Shown piece after piece: positions 1 to 9,750 of a stretch of DNA of 64,000 nucleotides. The notes beneath the pieces were generated by a model, which saw nothing but the letters and a program-made list of their open reading frames with translations, was not told the DNA's origin and ran no database searches. Location of the stretch: contig JBBIJE010000002.1 in NCBI GenBank assembly GCA_037446155.1, positions 9,171-73,170 of the forward strand. The letters run 5' to 3'. Source of the DNA: Myxococcales bacterium (GTDB lineage Bacteria > Desulfobacterota > Binatia > UTPRO1 > JBBIJE01). Every line of letters starts with the position of its first letter. Within the stretch, counting starts at the first letter, position 1. A program made the translations under genes and the position numbers.

Positions 1-129
1 TCCCGCACCGGCCGCCGCCGCGCCCTTAGCCTGCGCAGCCGAGCTTTGCGGGAACCTGAGGTTCGTGAGCGTAAGGGCGAGCAAGCCCACCGCCGTGTTG
101 CCCAAAAATTCTCGCCTCGTTAGGTTCAT
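1..129 (-). CDS. Tat-signal protein, N-terminal 43 codons only (gene runs off window start); last gene of the Mo-enzyme operon
   Basis: Reverse complement of 1-129 reads MNLTRREFLGNTAVGLLALTLTNLRFPQSSAAQAKGAAAAGAG: an n-region, an RREFL twin-arginine motif and a hydrophobic h-region. AGGGGG lies 6-12 nt upstream of the ATG. It starts 23 nt downstream of the alpha1 stop. Confidence 0.5.
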   Translation of the reverse strand, partial: MNLTRREFLGNTAVGLLALTLTNLRFPQSSAAQAKGAAAAGAG

Positions 130-152
130 CGTCTGGCGCCCCCTGCCTTTTC

Positions 153-3068
153 TCAGACTGCTGCCTTCTCCATCTCTACGGCCGCCCCGCGCGGGGCCAT
201 GACCGGCGCGGCGTAATAGAAGCGGTAGTGGAGCTGACCGTAATCCCCGACAAGGTGGAGCGGCTTCCAGGGGCAAGCGACCGGCTCCTGATTGCCCTGC
301 CAATTGCGGAACTGGTAGGGCTCCCAAGCGTGATACACGATCACCTGCCCGGGCTGCACCGCCGGTGAAACTTTTACCTGCACCTCGAAGCTTCCGACGT
401 CGTTATAGATTCTCGCCCGATCCCCGTCTTTTATTCCCCGCGCCGCGCAATCGGCCGCCGCCGCGTACGCCACCGGCTCGCCCCTCTGCAGCTTTAGCAT
501 GTAAGCGTCGTCTCGCCATATGGCGTGGATGCTCCAGCGGGTGTGGCCGCCCGTCAGGCGAAGGGGATAGTCCCCGCCGCTTCGAGGAAGCTCTTTGTGG
601 GTGGGCAAGGCCTCGCCCAGCTCCAGGAACCAGGGGTGGTCGATGTAGAACTGCTGCCTCCCCGTAAGGGTGGGCCAAGGTTGTTTTCCTTCCACGAACC
701 AGCGCGAGGGAACGACCGTCTCGCCCTCCTTGAAATCGCTTGCGGTTGCGCACGTTGGACCGAACGATCCCGTGCTCTTGATGGGAACCATGCCCTCCTT
801 CGCGGCTTTGCTCCAACTCGCGCCGCGCGTGACCTCGGAGTCGCGAAGGAGGCGGTCCAACACCCCGGTATCGTCCTCGGGGGGATGCTTGCCATGGTCG
901 CTCCAGCGGTCGAATATGCTTGCCAGGCTCCTTTTCTTGCCGAGCGCGTCGGTGTACCCGTCCACACCTCGCGCTAAAGCCTGCTCCTGGATCGCCTTGG
1001 CCAAAAGGCCGAATATCTCCCACTCCCCTTTCGACTCGAAGAGCGGCTCCACCGCCCGATCGCCTACGACCACGTAAGGCAGATAGCTCTGCAAGTATTT
1101 GATACCTCGCTTCTCGTAGTAACCGGCCGCGGGGAGCAGAAGATCGGCCTTGAGCCCACTAGTGCACATCCTGAAATTGACGTCAACGATCAGCCTAAGC
1201 CGCCGCCAAAGCTCCCGCTCGACCACCTGCGGAGCCGGCCAGCGCCGAAGCGGGTTCGCCCCGGTGAAAATGAATATCTCGGGGGCCTTGGGGGGCGAAG
1301 GGTAAACCGGCATCCAGCCCTTCTCGAGCGCCTCCTCGACGTACCGGCGAAAGGGGCGCCTCAGTGCGCCGTCGTGGCCAGCTTCACCGTCCAGCACCGA
1401 GGCCAGGCCCCCGTGGAGGTAGAGCCAAAGAAGCGAGGGGGAGAAAACGAGCTCCTTTTTCGATACCTCGGTGTAGATCTCCTCGAGCTCGCGGGCACCC
1501 AAGCTCACGAACTTTAGCAGGAGCCGCTGCCACCACGCTGGCTCGATCCCCGTAGCCCACCTGTCCCCTCCGCTCATCCCGTACCACGCCGCAAGTCGCA
1601 TCCCCCCTCCCGGCCTCCCCTGGTTGCCGGTCAGCGCCATGAGAAGGATCAAAGCCCTCTGCATGAGGTCGCTATGGTAGTATTTGCAAGCGCCCCAGGA
1701 TGCGAAAATCATCGCGGCGGGAGCCCTGGCCATCTCCCTGGCCATTTGCCGAATGAGGCCGGGGCCCACACCTGTTATCTTCGCCGCCTCCTCCGGGGTA
1801 TAGCGTGCCAGATGCGCCTCGAGAAGCGAAAAGACGGTCGAAACCTCCAGCTTGTCGCCGCTTGCGCCGACGACGGTGAACCTCCCCTCGAGCGCCGGAT
1901 CGAGCCCATCGAGTCCGAGCCTTCCCTTTCCCAGGCCTTTGGAGCCAGGGCTCGGCTCGAGTCCCTGCCTTGCGCGATCCCAGAGGTAGAAAACGTCCTC
2001 CTTCCCGCCCTTTTCGAGATCGGATTGGCGCAGGAAGCGTCCATTGTCCAGGCGCACGAGAAGTGGGAGATCGGTCTGCTCCTTGACGTAGGCAGCATCG
2101 TAGAGCCCCTCGGACACGATCACCTGGGCGAGCGCAAGCGCCAGCGCGGGATCAGTCCCGACCTTGGGATTGACCCAGAGATCGGCCCTGGTGGCGGTGG
2201 CGTTGTAATCGGGCGCTACCACCACGAGCTTGGCGCCGCGGTAGCGCGCCTCGAGCATGAAGTGGAGGTCGGGGATCCTGGTGTAGGAAGGATTGCCCAT
2301 CCAGACGACTATGTAGTCGGAATTGAACCAATCATCCGAGGTGCCCTCGACATTGAACATGCCCCAGGTTTGCACCGCACCGATGGCAAGGTCGCCCACG
2401 CCGGCGTAGGAATCGAGAAAAGTCGCCCCCAAGAGGCTGAAGAGCCACATCTCGCCCAAGCTTGCCGGCCCGACGTCCAAGTTGGAGGTGCCGTGATCGT
2501 ATATTATACATTCAGGCCCCCGCTTCTCGTCGGCGCACACATCGACGATCGCCTCCGCGACCTCCCGAAGCGCCTCCTCCCAAGTGATCCGCTTGAAGCG
2601 CCCCGATCCCCTGGGGCCCAGGCGTTTTAGGGGATACTTCAAGCGGCTTGCGCTGTAGCTCAGGGCGCTGTAGCAGGCTCCCTTCTGGCAGCCGCGCGGC
2701 GAGAAATCGGGGACGGCGGCATGGGATCTTCCGTACGATCCCCGCTGCTCCTCGCGCCAAACCAGGCCGTCGCGAACGAACACGTCCCAAGCACAGGCGC
2801 TGAAGCAGTTGGCGCGAAGATGGGTGCATCGTACCACGCGATCCCACTTCCACTTTTGCCGGTAAAGATCCTCCCAGGAGCGGTACTCGTACCCCTCTGC
2901 TGCTTGCGGCGCGGTTCCATCTGGCGGGGAGGCGAGGGCGGCAAGCCTGAGATTTACGAGGGAGAGGAAAACCGCCCCGGCCGCACCCGCCGCGAGAAAC
3001 TGGCGCCTGCTCAGCCGAGGCTCCACCACCCCTCCCCTTCCGCCCGCCGCCACCGGCTCGAGGCCCAT
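153..3068 (-). CDS. Molybdopterin (bis-PGD) oxidoreductase catalytic subunit, type II DMSO-reductase family, paralog alpha1, Tat-exported
   Basis: ORF 153-3131; likely start at MGLEP (3068). Tat motif SRRQFLAAGAAGAV. The YRSWEDLYRQKWKWD...THLRANCFSACAW motif is an H-x4-C-x3-C FS0-type cluster site (residues 104-113 of the 992-aa ORF, about 2793-2822). Molybdopterin-oxidoreductase-like sequence throughout. Highly similar to alpha3 (e.g. FASWGACKYYHSDLMQRALILLMALTGNQGRPGGG vs FASWGSCKHYHSDLMQRAMILLVALTGNQGKPGGG). Confidence 0.9.
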   Translation of the reverse strand: MGLEPVAAGGRGGVVEPRLSRRQFLAAGAAGAVFLSLVNLRLAALASPPDGTAPQAAEGYEYRSWEDLYRQKWKWDRVVRCTHLRANCFSACAWDVFVRDGLVWREEQRGSYGRSHAAVPDFSPRGCQKGACYSALSYSASRLKYPLKRLGPRGSGRFKRITWEEALREVAEAIVDVCADEKRGPECIIYDHGTSNLDVGPASLGEMWLFSLLGATFLDSYAGVGDLAIGAVQTWGMFNVEGTSDDWFNSDYIVVWMGNPSYTRIPDLHFMLEARYRGAKLVVVAPDYNATATRADLWVNPKVGTDPALALALAQVIVSEGLYDAAYVKEQTDLPLLVRLDNGRFLRQSDLEKGGKEDVFYLWDRARQGLEPSPGSKGLGKGRLGLDGLDPALEGRFTVVGASGDKLEVSTVFSLLEAHLARYTPEEAAKITGVGPGLIRQMAREMARAPAAMIFASWGACKYYHSDLMQRALILLMALTGNQGRPGGGMRLAAWYGMSGGDRWATGIEPAWWQRLLLKFVSLGARELEEIYTEVSKKELVFSPSLLWLYLHGGLASVLDGEAGHDGALRRPFRRYVEEALEKGWMPVYPSPPKAPEIFIFTGANPLRRWPAPQVVERELWRRLRLIVDVNFRMCTSGLKADLLLPAAGYYEKRGIKYLQSYLPYVVVGDRAVEPLFESKGEWEIFGLLAKAIQEQALARGVDGYTDALGKKRSLASIFDRWSDHGKHPPEDDTGVLDRLLRDSEVTRGASWSKAAKEGMVPIKSTGSFGPTCATASDFKEGETVVPSRWFVEGKQPWPTLTGRQQFYIDHPWFLELGEALPTHKELPRSGGDYPLRLTGGHTRWSIHAIWRDDAYMLKLQRGEPVAYAAAADCAARGIKDGDRARIYNDVGSFEVQVKVSPAVQPGQVIVYHAWEPYQFRNWQGNQEPVACPWKPLHLVGDYGQLHYRFYYAAPVMAPRGAAVEMEKAAV

Positions 3069-3167
3069 GTCTCGCCGGGCCGACAGCCGCCCAAGCTCGT
3101 CCCCTTCTCGCAAGCCCTTACCCCATCGCACCAGGGGCGAGCCGGCGCGATCGCGGCCCGGCCGGGA

Positions 3168-5363
3168 TCAGTACTCATACGTGCTCCAGTCGATCTCTTC
3201 CTCCTCCCGCGGCTGCACCACGAGATGAGCCTCCAGGTCGTCCACCGCCATCATGAAATCCGTGACCGCATCGATTCGCCGCTCCGGCTCGGGCACCTTC
3301 GGGTATCCATCGATATCGTAGAATACCAGCGGCATGCGGGTCTCCAAGCCCGCCACCTTCTTCGGATTGCGCAAAAACTCCCTCACCCACTCGGGCCTGA
3401 GCCGCTTCTTGGTAAGCGCCAGATTGATCGAAAGATCGTCCGGATCGACGTCTTTCGGCAGGCCCTGCTCGATCGAGGCCGGGTGGCACTGCATGCATTT
3501 GTTCACGCGAAACACGCTGGCGCCGAGCTCCACGTTGTGCTGGTCTATCTTGGCGGGATCGACCTTCACGTAGTGGCGGGATTCGACTCCGGCCGACGCC
3601 GAGAAGTAATCCACGAGCGCCTCCGCGCTCGCGTCGTCGAAGTCGAAGTTCGGCATCCTCACCTTGAGCCATGGGCGCAGGGCTTCGGGCTTTTTCAGGT
3701 ATTCGAAGAGCCACTGGGGCTGTACTCTCGCGCCCTCGCCGGTAAGCGTGGGCGGGGCCCAGGTCTTGCGCTCGACGAACTCCTTCATGTTGCCCCCCTC
3801 GCCCTCGATCTCGTGGCAGCCGCGGCAGTGCAGGTGTGCAACCATGAGCCTGCCGCGCAAGAGAGCCTCCGTAGCGGGAGTCGCCCTTATGGTATAGGCT
3901 GCCGGCATCTCGGATCCGTCGAAGCTCAGGACGTATGTGACCAGGGCGCGAACGTCCTCCTCGGAAAGTTTGACCACGGGCATCCTGAGCTTGATGTTCT
4001 CCCGCTCGTAGGCCCTGGGCTCCGCAAGCTTCTTTACCAGCCAGTCCCACTTCGTTCGCGGCACGCCTTTCACCTCGCCGAAATCGAGCTCTTCCACCGG
4101 CCGCGCCGCGAACTCGCTCAAGTCGGGAACGCTGAGCGGCGTCTTCTCGAATCCTTTGATCTCGTGGCAGCCGAAGCACTCCATCTTCTCGACGAGCTTT
4201 TTCCCCTTCTCGGGATCCCCTCCCTCGGTAAGCTTGGCGAAATCGGCGAGCTTCTCCTCCCCCTGCTTCTGCTCGGCCAGATAGGCCACGATGTCGCGCC
4301 GCTCCTCTTCCGTGAGCTCGAGCTTGGGCATCGGAGTGGCGGGGTTGTATTTTTTCGGGTCCGCGATCCAGCGATCCAACCATTCCACGCTGACCTTGAC
4401 CCCGATTCCAGCCAGATGGGGAACGCGCCGGCTGACGCTCTTGTCCTGCGGCTCGACCGCGTGGCAGCCGCGACACCCCTTTTCCTTGAAAAGATTCTCG
4501 CCCCGGCTCGAAGAGGCGCCCGCCAGCGATACGCTCTCGAGCGGCGGCTGCTCGGGCATGGTGTCCAGGAAAGCGAGGAGGTCCCTCACCTCGTCTTCTT
4601 TCAGGAAGAAGTGAGGCATCACGGTGTCCTCCTTCGCCTTGGTCGGATCGGACACCCACATGGCGAGCCAGCGGCGGTCCTCGATCTTTCCCTTTATCGT
4701 GGAAAGCGAGGGAGCGAATTTCGGCAGAGCGAGCTTGCGCGCGGTGCGGTGGCATCCCTCGCATCCCAGCTCGACGAAGCGAACCTCCCCCTTTGCGGCG
4801 ACCTCCGCTCCCGCCAGCCCCTGGACGATCTCGTGGCAGCGAGCGCACCTCGCCTGGGCGTACTTGACCGGCAACATGGGCTGGGTTCCCTCGCCCACCA
4901 GGCCGTGCGCCGCCTCCACCGTGCTCCCCACTCCGAGGCCTCCATGGCACACGGTACAGCCGAACCTCGCCACCTGATGGGTTTTGAGATAGTCGCCCGA
5001 GTGGCTGCGAAAGGGCTGGGGCTCGTCGGCGAAGAGCGGATTATCGGTCGCGGCATGGCAGGTCGTGCAGTGATCCACCGCGCCGATCGCCGGAACGTAG
5101 ATCTGTTTTAGCTCCTCCTTCATCCCCGCCGCTTCGGCCTTCAGGCGCTCCAGCTTGGCGACCTCTTTCTCGTCGCCGGCCTCCTTCGCTTCCGCCGCCT
5201 TCCGCTCGAGAAGCTCCAGGTATCTGGCGCGAAAGTCGCTCTGGTATTTTCGCCAAGGCGGAGCGGTTTCTCGCACCACCGCCAGGGCGCAGAGAAGAAG
5301 AAATAGCGGGCCCGCGATCCCCATCGTGAAACGCAGACCCGGACTCCCACGCATCAAGCGCAA
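3168..5363 (-). CDS. Membrane-anchored octaheme c-type cytochrome
   Basis: Eight CxxCH motifs (CTTCH, CTVCH, CARCH, CEGCH, CRGCH, CFGCH, CRGCH, CMQCH). N-terminal hydrophobic anchor MGIAGPLFLLLCALAVV. Sits between the cytochrome b genes and alpha1. Confidence 0.85.
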   Translation of the reverse strand: MRLMRGSPGLRFTMGIAGPLFLLLCALAVVRETAPPWRKYQSDFRARYLELLERKAAEAKEAGDEKEVAKLERLKAEAAGMKEELKQIYVPAIGAVDHCTTCHAATDNPLFADEPQPFRSHSGDYLKTHQVARFGCTVCHGGLGVGSTVEAAHGLVGEGTQPMLPVKYAQARCARCHEIVQGLAGAEVAAKGEVRFVELGCEGCHRTARKLALPKFAPSLSTIKGKIEDRRWLAMWVSDPTKAKEDTVMPHFFLKEDEVRDLLAFLDTMPEQPPLESVSLAGASSSRGENLFKEKGCRGCHAVEPQDKSVSRRVPHLAGIGVKVSVEWLDRWIADPKKYNPATPMPKLELTEEERRDIVAYLAEQKQGEEKLADFAKLTEGGDPEKGKKLVEKMECFGCHEIKGFEKTPLSVPDLSEFAARPVEELDFGEVKGVPRTKWDWLVKKLAEPRAYERENIKLRMPVVKLSEEDVRALVTYVLSFDGSEMPAAYTIRATPATEALLRGRLMVAHLHCRGCHEIEGEGGNMKEFVERKTWAPPTLTGEGARVQPQWLFEYLKKPEALRPWLKVRMPNFDFDDASAEALVDYFSASAGVESRHYVKVDPAKIDQHNVELGASVFRVNKCMQCHPASIEQGLPKDVDPDDLSINLALTKKRLRPEWVREFLRNPKKVAGLETRMPLVFYDIDGYPKVPEPERRIDAVTDFMMAVDDLEAHLVVQPREEEEIDWSTYEY

Positions 5364-5381
5364 GCGCTCACCTCCCCGTCG

Positions 5382-6110
5382 CTAGATGTTGAACCAGGGC
5401 GTCACCAAGAGGTAACGCACACTGAGAAAGATCCTGAGCAGCATTTTTATCGGCACCGCGTACATGAGGAGCGTCAGGACCATCACGGTGTAATAGCGCC
5501 CAGCTCCGAGTCCCTGTTTGAGCCACGGCCAGCGCCTGGCCGGAAGGGCGATTCCCAGGCCGAAATACAAGAGGAGCAGCGGCCCGCCCACCCACCAGGG
5601 AAAGCTCCACAGGCTCTCCTCGGCCGGCTTTACCACCTCCCAGCTTTCCCACGGCCAGTAGAACTGCCAATTGGGGCCGCGCAACACCTGTCCTATGGCA
5701 ATGAGAACCCACCAGAGAGCGAAACCGAAGAGGAAATGGGCGATGGCGAGCCGCCTGCCGGCGAACTGGTACCGGCCGACCCCGACGGTGCTGGTGTCGA
5801 GAAAGGGTATGATCATGAGGCCCACGATTATGAGAGTCGGCAAGACGACCCCGGCGAACCAGGGGTCGAAATAAACGAGAAGCTCTTGCAAGCCGACGAA
5901 GTACCAGGGAGCCTTGGCTGGGTTCTCCGTGCGGTTGGGATCGGCCATGGCGCGAAGCGGGGCGTTTTGCACGAGCGCCCACACCATGAGGCCGCAGCTA
6001 ACGATCAGCGCGGCCAAGAATTCTTTGTAAACGAGCTCCGGGAAGACCGCGACCCGCCCCGGCCCGAATCCCTCGTCGTCGATCCTGCCTTGCTCGTTGC
6101 GCTCGCTCAT
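5382..6110 (-). CDS. Cytochrome b C-terminal half (subunit IV / PetD-like) of a Rieske/cytochrome b complex
   Basis: Within ORF 5382-6449. Start MSERNEQ at 6110 overlaps the upstream stop as ATGA. Motif [19 protein letters not shown] matches the PEWY region of cytochrome b/subunit IV. Several predicted TM helices with a C-terminal extension. Confidence 0.8.
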   Translation of the reverse strand: MSERNEQGRIDDEGFGPGRVAVFPELVYKEFLAALIVSCGLMVWALVQNAPLRAMADPNRTENPAKAPWYFVGLQELLVYFDPWFAGVVLPTLIIVGLMIIPFLDTSTVGVGRYQFAGRRLAIAHFLFGFALWWVLIAIGQVLRGPNWQFYWPWESWEVVKPAEESLWSFPWWVGGPLLLLYFGLGIALPARRWPWLKQGLGAGRYYTVMVLTLLMYAVPIKMLLRIFLSVRYLLVTPWFNI

Positions 6111-6910
6111 AGCGGACAGGAAATCCCGCCGTCCTTTCTCACGCGCCAGAAGTGGATGAACATGAGAATGCCAGCGATCAGGGGGAGCGCCACGCAGTGC
6201 AGGACATAGAAGCGAAGCAGCGCGTTGCCCCCCACACGAACGTCTCCCAAAAGGAGAAAGCGCGCGTCGTTGGTGGGCGTTACCCCTAGGAATTCGTGGA
6301 AGGGGCCCTCGGCGCCGATAAAGGGCGTAGCCGCCGCCATGTTGGTGCCGACCGTGATCGCCCAAAACGCCAGTTGATCCCAGGGGAGGAGATAGCCGGT
6401 GAAGCTCAAAAGCAGCGTGAGCACGAGCAGCACGACGCCGACCACCCAATTGAACTCCCGCGGGGGCCGGTAAGAACCGGTAAGAAAAACCCTGAGCATG
6501 TGGAGCATGACGAGCAGGACCATGAGGTGCGCTCCCCAGCGGTGGAGATTTCTAAGCGGCACTCCGAAGAGCACCCCATGTTCTAGAACCAGCATGTCGA
6601 GATAGGCCCACTCGGGAGTGGGCCGGTAATAGAACATGAGATAAACGCCCGTTATCGTCTCCACGATGAAGAGAAAGAGCGCAAGCCCCCCCAAGCAGAA
6701 GGTAAACCGCACCTTGAGGGCGGCTTTGGGGAGGCTCACCGGGTGCAGATGCAGAAAGAAGTTGCTCGTTACCTCGAGCGCGCGGTTTCTCACCGTGTCG
6801 GCATAGCCGTGCCGGAGCACCGCGGTCACCGGCTGACTCTCGCGGATCTTGCGCCCGACGCGGCGCAACCGCTCGCCGAATCTCTCCCTCCTAGGTGCCG
6901 GCCTGCTCAT
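6107..6910 (-). CDS. Cytochrome b6-like N-terminal half (di-heme cytochrome b)
   Basis: [25 protein letters not shown] and [28 protein letters not shown] carry the conserved heme-ligand His pairs of the cytochrome b N-terminal domain. The gene is split from the subunit-IV-like piece as in b6f/b6c complexes. Confidence 0.85.
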   Translation of the reverse strand: MSRPAPRRERFGERLRRVGRKIRESQPVTAVLRHGYADTVRNRALEVTSNFFLHLHPVSLPKAALKVRFTFCLGGLALFLFIVETITGVYLMFYYRPTPEWAYLDMLVLEHGVLFGVPLRNLHRWGAHLMVLLVMLHMLRVFLTGSYRPPREFNWVVGVVLLVLTLLLSFTGYLLPWDQLAFWAITVGTNMAAATPFIGAEGPFHEFLGVTPTNDARFLLLGDVRVGGNALLRFYVLHCVALPLIAGILMFIHFWRVRKDGGISCPL

Positions 6911-6934
6911 TTTGCTCTCTCGTTCCTCATCCCC

Positions 6935-7300
6935 TCAGTAGGGGAGCTCGCCGTGCTCGCGCTCCCACTGCTCGATCGGAACCATAGCGATCGCATCCCA
7001 GGGGCAGCCGGCCACGAAGCAACCCATCTGGCCCGAGGCAAGACAAGCGCGACAGCCGACGCACTTCAAGGGATCGACCCAGATCCTGCCGAACGGATAA
7101 GCATCGTCGGCCGGCTCGAGAATCATGCAATCCTCGACCGGGCAGAAAACCTGGCAGACCGGTGCGCCGGCGCAACCCGTGCACGCATCCGAAACGACGG
7201 CGATCGCCTTGGGCTTGCGCTTTCGCCTGCCGACCAACCGGCCGGCAGGGCCCTTGCCCGCTTTGGCGCTCGCAAGCGTCACTACCGCCCCCTGTTGCAC
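6935..7300 (-). CDS. 2[4Fe-4S] ferredoxin-domain protein
   Basis: Two cluster motifs: CTGCAGAPVCQVFCP and CVGCRACLASGQMGCFVAGCP. Lys/Arg-rich N-terminus. Placed between the Rieske and cytochrome b genes. Confidence 0.7.
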   Translation of the reverse strand: MQQGAVVTLASAKAGKGPAGRLVGRRKRKPKAIAVVSDACTGCAGAPVCQVFCPVEDCMILEPADDAYPFGRIWVDPLKCVGCRACLASGQMGCFVAGCPWDAIAMVPIEQWEREHGELPY

Positions 7301-7313
7301 ATCAGTCTCCCGC

Positions 7314-7913
7314 TCAGCCGAGAAGAACGAACGAATCGGGGTGGTCGAAGCTATCCGCCTCGAACACCTTGCTTGTGTCCACTACCAACATGCCGCTCAA
7401 GTCGACGCCGATTTTGAGCCTCGGCAACGGCCGGGGCGCGGGCCCGGAAAAGTTGACGCCGTTGCTATGGTACTCGCTGCCGTGGCAGGGGCAGCGGAAC
7501 TGCCTCGCCGAGGCGAACCAGTTGACCGTGCAGCCTAGATGAGTGCAGCGGCCCGACATGGCGAAGATCCGATCCTGCTGCCGGACGACGAAAAACCGGT
7601 AGCGGCGCTTCCAGGTCTCGTCCACTTCGATCACCCCGTAGGCGTCGGGGGTCCCGCCCCGCATGAACTCCTCGGGCGCCCCGATCCTGAACGTGGTGGG
7701 GGGCTGGTAAAGCACTCGGGGGAAGAAAAAGCGCAGGGTCTCGATCCCCGCCACCCCCAAAGTGGCGATAAACCCACCCCATCCCGCCAGGGTGAGGCCG
7801 CTCAGCAGAAGCTCGCGCCTGGCAAGCGACTCTTTGGCGCCCTCGCCGGCCTCTCCCGGCCCGACCAAGGCGCGGATCACCTTCGCAGCCGCATCGTCCA
7901 GTGGCATGCGCAA
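7314..7913 (-). CDS. Rieske [2Fe-2S] iron-sulfur protein, Tat-dependent
   Basis: CTHLGC and CPCHGS Rieske boxes. Tat motif ARRELLLSGLTLAGWGG followed by a TM helix. Start lies 4 nt after the chaperone stop. Confidence 0.85.
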   Translation of the reverse strand: MRMPLDDAAAKVIRALVGPGEAGEGAKESLARRELLLSGLTLAGWGGFIATLGVAGIETLRFFFPRVLYQPPTTFRIGAPEEFMRGGTPDAYGVIEVDETWKRRYRFFVVRQQDRIFAMSGRCTHLGCTVNWFASARQFRCPCHGSEYHSNGVNFSGPAPRPLPRLKIGVDLSGMLVVDTSKVFEADSFDHPDSFVLLG

Positions 7914-7917
7914 CCCT

Positions 7918-8580
7918 CTACTCAGCGCGCTTTAGAAGTCCCTCCACCCAATTTCGGTCACGGGTCGTGAACCCGACGGTCAAGGAAACCAGATCGGCGA
8001 AAAACTGGAGCGGCTCCTGCTTCGCGAGCTTGGCTGCCATGAGCGGCAGCCATTTCACGACTTGCCGCTCCAGAAAATCCCGCGTAGCCCGCCTGAAAGC
8101 GCCGCAATCATGACCTGCGTGGAGCGCGCGCGTTTCGCAAAAACTCAGGTAATGGAGAAACTCGAGCTCGGTGGTCAAATGGTCGGGAAGCTCGCGCTGG
8201 GTGCTCGACAGAGACAGCCCGAAGTGGCTGTAGAACCGCATCACTTCCTCCATCACCCGCATTCTCGCTCGCCCGTAGTGTCCCCCGTAGAGCGGACAGG
8301 GCGGGCCGCCCACCCCGACGTCGAACAGGCGAATGTACTCGGCCTGGAAGTCGTCGTACGAACAGGTGGCCGAAAGGGCGCCAAGCTCCCCGAAGTCGTA
8401 GGGAAGACCGGCCAAGAGGCCGCCGAGCTCATCGCGCAGCGTACCGCCAGCGACCGACGCGTGAAATTCCTCGGTGGGAAACCGGAAGCAGGAGGCGAGC
8501 GCCGCGTACACTCGGCTTCTCGCCGCAGCCGCCCTCTCCTCTTCCCCGCTTAGATCCCTGATTTCCACGTTCACGTCCAT
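7918..8580 (-). CDS. TorD/NarJ/EbdD-family cofactor-insertion chaperone (delta subunit)
   Basis: About 220 aa, Tat-proofreading-chaperone-like, with LPDHLTTELEFLHYL resembling the TorD-family signature. Overlaps the beta gene stop by 10 nt. Confidence 0.75.
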   Translation of the reverse strand: MDVNVEIRDLSGEEERAAAARSRVYAALASCFRFPTEEFHASVAGGTLRDELGGLLAGLPYDFGELGALSATCSYDDFQAEYIRLFDVGVGGPPCPLYGGHYGRARMRVMEEVMRFYSHFGLSLSSTQRELPDHLTTELEFLHYLSFCETRALHAGHDCGAFRRATRDFLERQVVKWLPLMAAKLAKQEPLQFFADLVSLTVGFTTRDRNWVEGLLKRAE

Positions 8581-9689
8581 CTAAGCTCCGCCGGATCCTG
8601 CGTGAGATGGCTGAATAGCTCCTTCCACTGGTAAACGATCAAGAGGTCCATGAGCTCGGACTTCTCGCCCCGGCGCGTCTTCGCCATCTCTCCCTTCAGC
8701 GTCTCGAGCGCCCGCTCGACCTCGTCCCCGAAGAGATACTGCAAGTACTTGAGCGGTATCCGGGGCTTGGTCTCGTCTATCTCCCCCCGTTCATTGAACC
8801 GCGGCGGCGCCAGCGGCGGCACGTAATAGACATTGGGCTCGGTTCCGGTCTCGGGGTGAAGCGGCAGCGCCACCTTCCACTCCTTTACCAGCTTGTAAAC
8901 GGGACTCGTCTCGTCGTCGAGCAATCCCACGAAACGAAGCCGGCCCGGGCACTGCCTGGCGCACGCCGGCGGCACCTTCTTCTCGACGCGCGGAAAACAA
9001 AAGATGCACTTTTGGGCCACCTTCTTCACATGATTGAAATATATCTTCTTGTAAGGGCAGGCCTCCATGCAAAACCGGTAGCCGCGACACCGCTTCTCGT
9101 CGATGAGCGTGATTCCGTCCTCTTTCCGCTTGTAGATGGCGTTACGGGGGCAAGCTTCCAAACAGGCCGGGTAGGAGCAATGGTTACAGATCCTCGGCAG
9201 GTAGAAATAGAAACTGTTGGGATACTGCCCGCCCCCCTGATCCTCGTCCCAGTTGGGACCCCACTTGGGCTCCTCGCCTTTTACTTTCAGATAAACGCCG
9301 TTCCCCTTCCCGCCTTGAAAGACCTCGTCGTAGTTGAACTCCCAGGCCGCTCCGAAATCGTCCACCAGCGGCAATTGCCCGGCTATAGGCTCCTTGAATT
9401 CCCCTCTGAAGCCGCCTCCCATCTTCTCCCAATCCTTGGGAGTGCCCTTGCCCGGCTGGGTGTTGACCGTCGCCCACCACATGTATTCCATACCCTCTTC
9501 GCGGGTCCACAGGGTCTTGCACGCTATGGTGCAGGTTTGGCATCCCAAGCACTTGTTCAAGTCGAACACCATCGCCAGTTGGTGATCTACCGTGCGAAGC
9601 TGCTCTTTCTTGGCCTTGGCTTCCCGCGCCAACTCCTCCTGCCGCTTCTTCTTTTCTTCCTCGAGCTGCTGCTGTGTCTTATCTGCCAT
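8571..9689 (-). CDS. Fe-S beta subunit of a type II Mo enzyme (NarH/EbdB-like, four Fe-S clusters)
   Basis: MVFDLNKCLGCQTCTIACK, CNHCSYPACLEACP, CRGYRFCMEACPY and CIFCFPR are the four ferredoxin-type Cys groups of NarH-family beta subunits. It also carries the family-specific insert (WEFNYDEVFQGG). Confidence 0.9.
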   Translation of the reverse strand: MADKTQQQLEEEKKKRQEELAREAKAKKEQLRTVDHQLAMVFDLNKCLGCQTCTIACKTLWTREEGMEYMWWATVNTQPGKGTPKDWEKMGGGFRGEFKEPIAGQLPLVDDFGAAWEFNYDEVFQGGKGNGVYLKVKGEEPKWGPNWDEDQGGGQYPNSFYFYLPRICNHCSYPACLEACPRNAIYKRKEDGITLIDEKRCRGYRFCMEACPYKKIYFNHVKKVAQKCIFCFPRVEKKVPPACARQCPGRLRFVGLLDDETSPVYKLVKEWKVALPLHPETGTEPNVYYVPPLAPPRFNERGEIDETKPRIPLKYLQYLFGDEVERALETLKGEMAKTRRGEKSELMDLLIVYQWKELFSHLTQDPAELRWT

Positions 9690-9750
9690 GGCTGCTCTCC
9701 TTCTCGCTCACTCGATCTCCCAAATCCGGGTTGATTCGCCTGCGCGCCGC

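Noticed and set aside
3175-4950. 591-aa minus-strand ORF in an alternative frame of the cytochrome c gene
   Set aside because: Same strand, different frame. It is extremely Arg/Gly-rich, whereas the 3168-5363 frame carries eight CxxCH motifs.
2721-5111. 796-aa + strand ORF
   Set aside because: It lies antisense to the well-supported octaheme cytochrome c and alpha1 genes. It is Arg/Gly/Pro/His-rich with no recognisable domain. This is a typical shadow ORF in high-GC DNA.
5368-5982. 204-aa and other nested ORFs inside the cytochrome b genes
   Set aside because: Alternative frames of confidently identified cytochrome b halves, with low-complexity translations.
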